DNA from: Candidatus Bipolaricaulia bacterium
GTDB lineage: Bacteria > Bipolaricaulota > Bipolaricaulia > RBG-16-55-9 > DRXL01
Length of the DNA: 39,001 bases
Direction: 5' to 3'
Assembly: GCA_046293845.1 (NCBI GenBank)
Contig: JBKBIX010000003.1
Location: 1-39,001, forward strand
Part shown: piece by piece, positions 36,824-39,001 of the stretch
Layout: each line of letters starts with the position of its first letter
Numbering within the stretch: the stretch's first letter is position 1
The notes under the pieces: generated by a model
Told to the model about the DNA's origin: nothing
The model's database searches: none
The model's input: the letters and a program-made list of their open reading frames with translations, nothing else
Program-made: the position numbers and the translations under genes

Positions 36824-38116
36824 CTAGCGTTGGATGACGAGCTTCTCGACGCGCGAGCGGCCGACAACTGTATTGTCCTTGAACGCGATCAGAAGATAAT
36901 AATACGGGCCGCTGGGCACGTCGGCTTTCTTAATATCCCAGACAAATTGCGTCCCCGTCAGTTTCTCTTGCTTGAGCACGACCTTCCCAGAGATATTAAA
37001 GACAAAGAGAGTTCCGCTGGTTGCCCCCGGCGGCAGCGTGAAGACGAACGTCGCGCTGTCGCGCGCTGGGTTGGGAAAGACACTGATAATCGGCTTGCTT
37101 GAGGCTTTCACGGTGATCGTCTTCTCGACGGAGCTCTCCGCGCCGTCGTTGTCCCGCACGGTGAGCTTGACTTTGAACGTCCCCGGCTGAGCGTATTTCT
37201 TCTTAGGATTCTGCTCAGTGCTCATCGTGCCATCGCCAAAGTCCCATTGGCGACTGACGATCTGGCCGTCGTCAGTAGACTTATCTGTGAATTGCACTTC
37301 ATCGCCGACTTCGGGGCTGGTGGGGCTGAAAGAGAAGTCAGCTTTCGGCGGCACGATGCCCACTGGGACCTTTTTCACTATAAAGCTGGGCAGCCCCGCT
37401 CTGTCTTTGACCGTGAGCTTGACGTCGTAAACTTTCTTTTGTGAATATTTTTTCTTGGGGTTCTGTTCGGTGCTCCTGGTGCCGTCGCCGAAGTCCCATT
37501 CCCAGCTGACAATGTCTGTGGCTCCGTCGGGGTCGGTAGACTCGTCTTTAAAAGAAATTTCTTCGTCGACTTTGGGCTCAGCAGGTGTGAAGCTGAAGTT
37601 AGCTGTGGGCGGCTGGTTCTGCACAGCCCCCAGGGTAATCAGCCCATTGATAATTCTGTTTGGGATATTGCGTCCATCGGGGTCGCGCAGCACATCGAGC
37701 GTCAGCCTCAGATCTGATTTATCTCCGGCCTTGCCGATGGCTTGGAACTCTATCTTGAGAAGTGGGCCGGCTTTAGCATAAGGGGCGCGCAGCTTCGTCA
37801 CGAGAAACTTCACTTCCCCAGCGTTGTTATCGAGTTTCGACGCGAAAACTTCGTAGTCCTGCTGGCCCTCGACTTTAGTCGCTTTCAGCACTTTGGGGTC
37901 GAACTTGAGCAGCCCCTGAATATCAGCGACGCCGGCGTCGGGGCCCTCAGCGATGATAATATTGACAGAGCTTGTCGAATTGGGCGTGACAGTTTTGCTT
38001 TCGACGCTGACTTCGGTGAGGGCCTGTTGGGCGCGCAGAGCGTTATTTGAAGAGAGAAGAGCGATCCCTGCGAAGCTGAGCACGATAGCTGTGGCACACC
38101 GTATTTTTGCGCTCAT
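36824..38116 (-). CDS. Secreted cohesin-like + 2xPKD protein with T9SS type-A-like C-terminal domain
   Basis: Signal peptide; FDPKVL; two WDFGDG; VFPNP..VFNISGKVV..PSGPYYY..KLVIQR; start revised to 38116. Confidence 0.82.
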   Translation of the reverse strand: MSAKIRCATAIVLSFAGIALLSSNNALRAQQALTEVSVESKTVTPNSTSSVNIIIAEGPDAGVADIQGLLKFDPKVLKATKVEGQQDYEVFASKLDNNAGEVKFLVTKLRAPYAKAGPLLKIEFQAIGKAGDKSDLRLTLDVLRDPDGRNIPNRIINGLITLGAVQNQPPTANFSFTPAEPKVDEEISFKDESTDPDGATDIVSWEWDFGDGTRSTEQNPKKKYSQKKVYDVKLTVKDRAGLPSFIVKKVPVGIVPPKADFSFSPTSPEVGDEVQFTDKSTDDGQIVSRQWDFGDGTMSTEQNPKKKYAQPGTFKVKLTVRDNDGAESSVEKTITVKASSKPIISVFPNPARDSATFVFTLPPGATSGTLFVFNISGKVVLKQEKLTGTQFVWDIKKADVPSGPYYYLLIAFKDNTVVGRSRVEKLVIQR

Positions 38117-38255
38117 AGGCTGTCGTGATATTTTAGAGTTTTTTCTGGTGTGGGGGCAAGGCCGTCTGTCCTTCATGGACGGCACGGCGATCACTTCGAC
38201 GATGGTCATCCGGCAAGAGTATCTCTATAATTGAGCGAGTACAGGGGTGATAGTC

Positions 38256-38489
38256 ATGACTGTAGAATCGTTGAAGCGCAAGTACAAGGACGAGTGGGTC
38301 TTAGCAGAAGTATTGGAGACCGATGCGCAAGGGCATCCGACAAGAGTGCGGCTCATCGCACACAGCAAGAACCGCGATGAAGTCTATAGGGCTTTAAGAA
38401 CCGTGCCCGATGGCAAGCACGTGTGCACGCTCTACACCGGGGAAATCCCCAAGAAGGGCTACGCGGTGGTCTTTCTATGCCAGCAGTGA
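38256..38489 (+). CDS. Small hypothetical protein (DUF5678-like)
   Basis: Y.DEWVL..V...LIAHS..RDEVY pattern; overlaps the protease gene start. Confidence 0.65.
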   Translation: MTVESLKRKYKDEWVLAEVLETDAQGHPTRVRLIAHSKNRDEVYRALRTVPDGKHVCTLYTGEIPKKGYAVVFLCQQ

Positions 38490-38866
38490 GCTTTGACCCC
38501 ACAGCTCCAGTTATTATTCTCTCCGTGAAGATCAAGGGGAGGATCGTCGAGACCGCTCGTATGGCTCTAGACACGGGAGCTACATATGTCATGATCCCGT
38601 GGGATCTTGCAGAATCTCTAGGCTACCAACCGGGGCGCTCTCGGGAGCGCATCGAGATGGTCACGGCCAGCGGAGTGGAGCGTGCTCCGCTCATCACATT
38701 ACAGTCAGTGCGCTTGGCTGGCCTTGAAGCTCAGCGCGTCAAGGCGCTCGTGCATGACCTCCCGCCCCGGAGCTTTGTGGACGGCTTGTTGGGCTTGAGC
38801 TTTCTGAGAAATTTTAAATTCTGTCTGGACTTCGAGCGCGGGCTGCTCGAACTATTTCAAAGATAA
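38477..38866 (+). CDS. Retropepsin-like (clan AA) aspartic protease
   Basis: ALDTGAT, TASG flap, DGLLGLSFL; start revised to 38477. Confidence 0.88.
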   Translation: MPAVSFDPTAPVIILSVKIKGRIVETARMALDTGATYVMIPWDLAESLGYQPGRSRERIEMVTASGVERAPLITLQSVRLAGLEAQRVKALVHDLPPRSFVDGLLGLSFLRNFKFCLDFERGLLELFQR

Positions 38867-38867
38867 G

Positions 38868-38904
38868 ATAAAAGCCCTCGCCCCTGGGGGGTCCAGGGGC
38901 GAGG
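38868..38904. terminator. 12-bp GC hairpin between convergent genes
   Basis: cctcgcccctgg-ggggt-ccaggggcgagg with an A-rich left flank (U-tract on the minus strand). Confidence 0.65.
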
Positions 38905-38974
38905 CCTCCTCCGTTTCTATGCAGCCCTCTGGCGCGTCGCTCCTGCCAACTTCCTTGCGGGCGCAAGCGCCCAA

Positions 38975-39001
38975 TTATGATCGCTTGATGGTGCAGCCGG
39001 T
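38975..39001 (-). CDS. Possible 3' end of a gene entering from the right (redoxin-like C-terminus)
   Basis: Only TGCTIKRS* is visible. Confidence 0.25.
   Translation of the reverse strand, partial: TGCTIKRS

Overview
Bacterial chromosomal window of moderately high GC with little intergenic DNA. The overall style suggests a thermophilic deep-branching lineage such as Ca. Bipolaricaulota/Acetothermia, which is an unverified impression. Housekeeping content includes miaB, ispG, proS, def-fmt, lepB, an Aap/Bzt-type amino-acid ABC transporter, infA (absent from the ORF track), nth, an RluA-family enzyme, ruvC, yceD, folP, rplI and murJ. Four small two-gene toxin-antitoxin-like modules and several secreted repeat proteins (CARDB-subtilase, a 1005-aa beta-helix, a WD40 protein) are interspersed. 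Top signals: (1) a tandemly repeated two-gene module at 33.5-38.1 kb, in which a cohesin/PKD protein with a type IX secretion (T9SS)-like C-terminal domain is followed by its own PorV-like beta-barrel; (2) infA, and probably a second gene, can only start at ATA/ATC; (3) a PfkB-family protein with degenerate ATP-site motifs, paired with a CBS protein; (4) four BoxC/REP-like palindromes that supply stop codons and protein tails and show compensatory base changes; (5) several apparently leaderless genes. No tRNA, rRNA, CRISPR array or transposase was seen. All domain calls come from motif recognition by eye, not from database searches.
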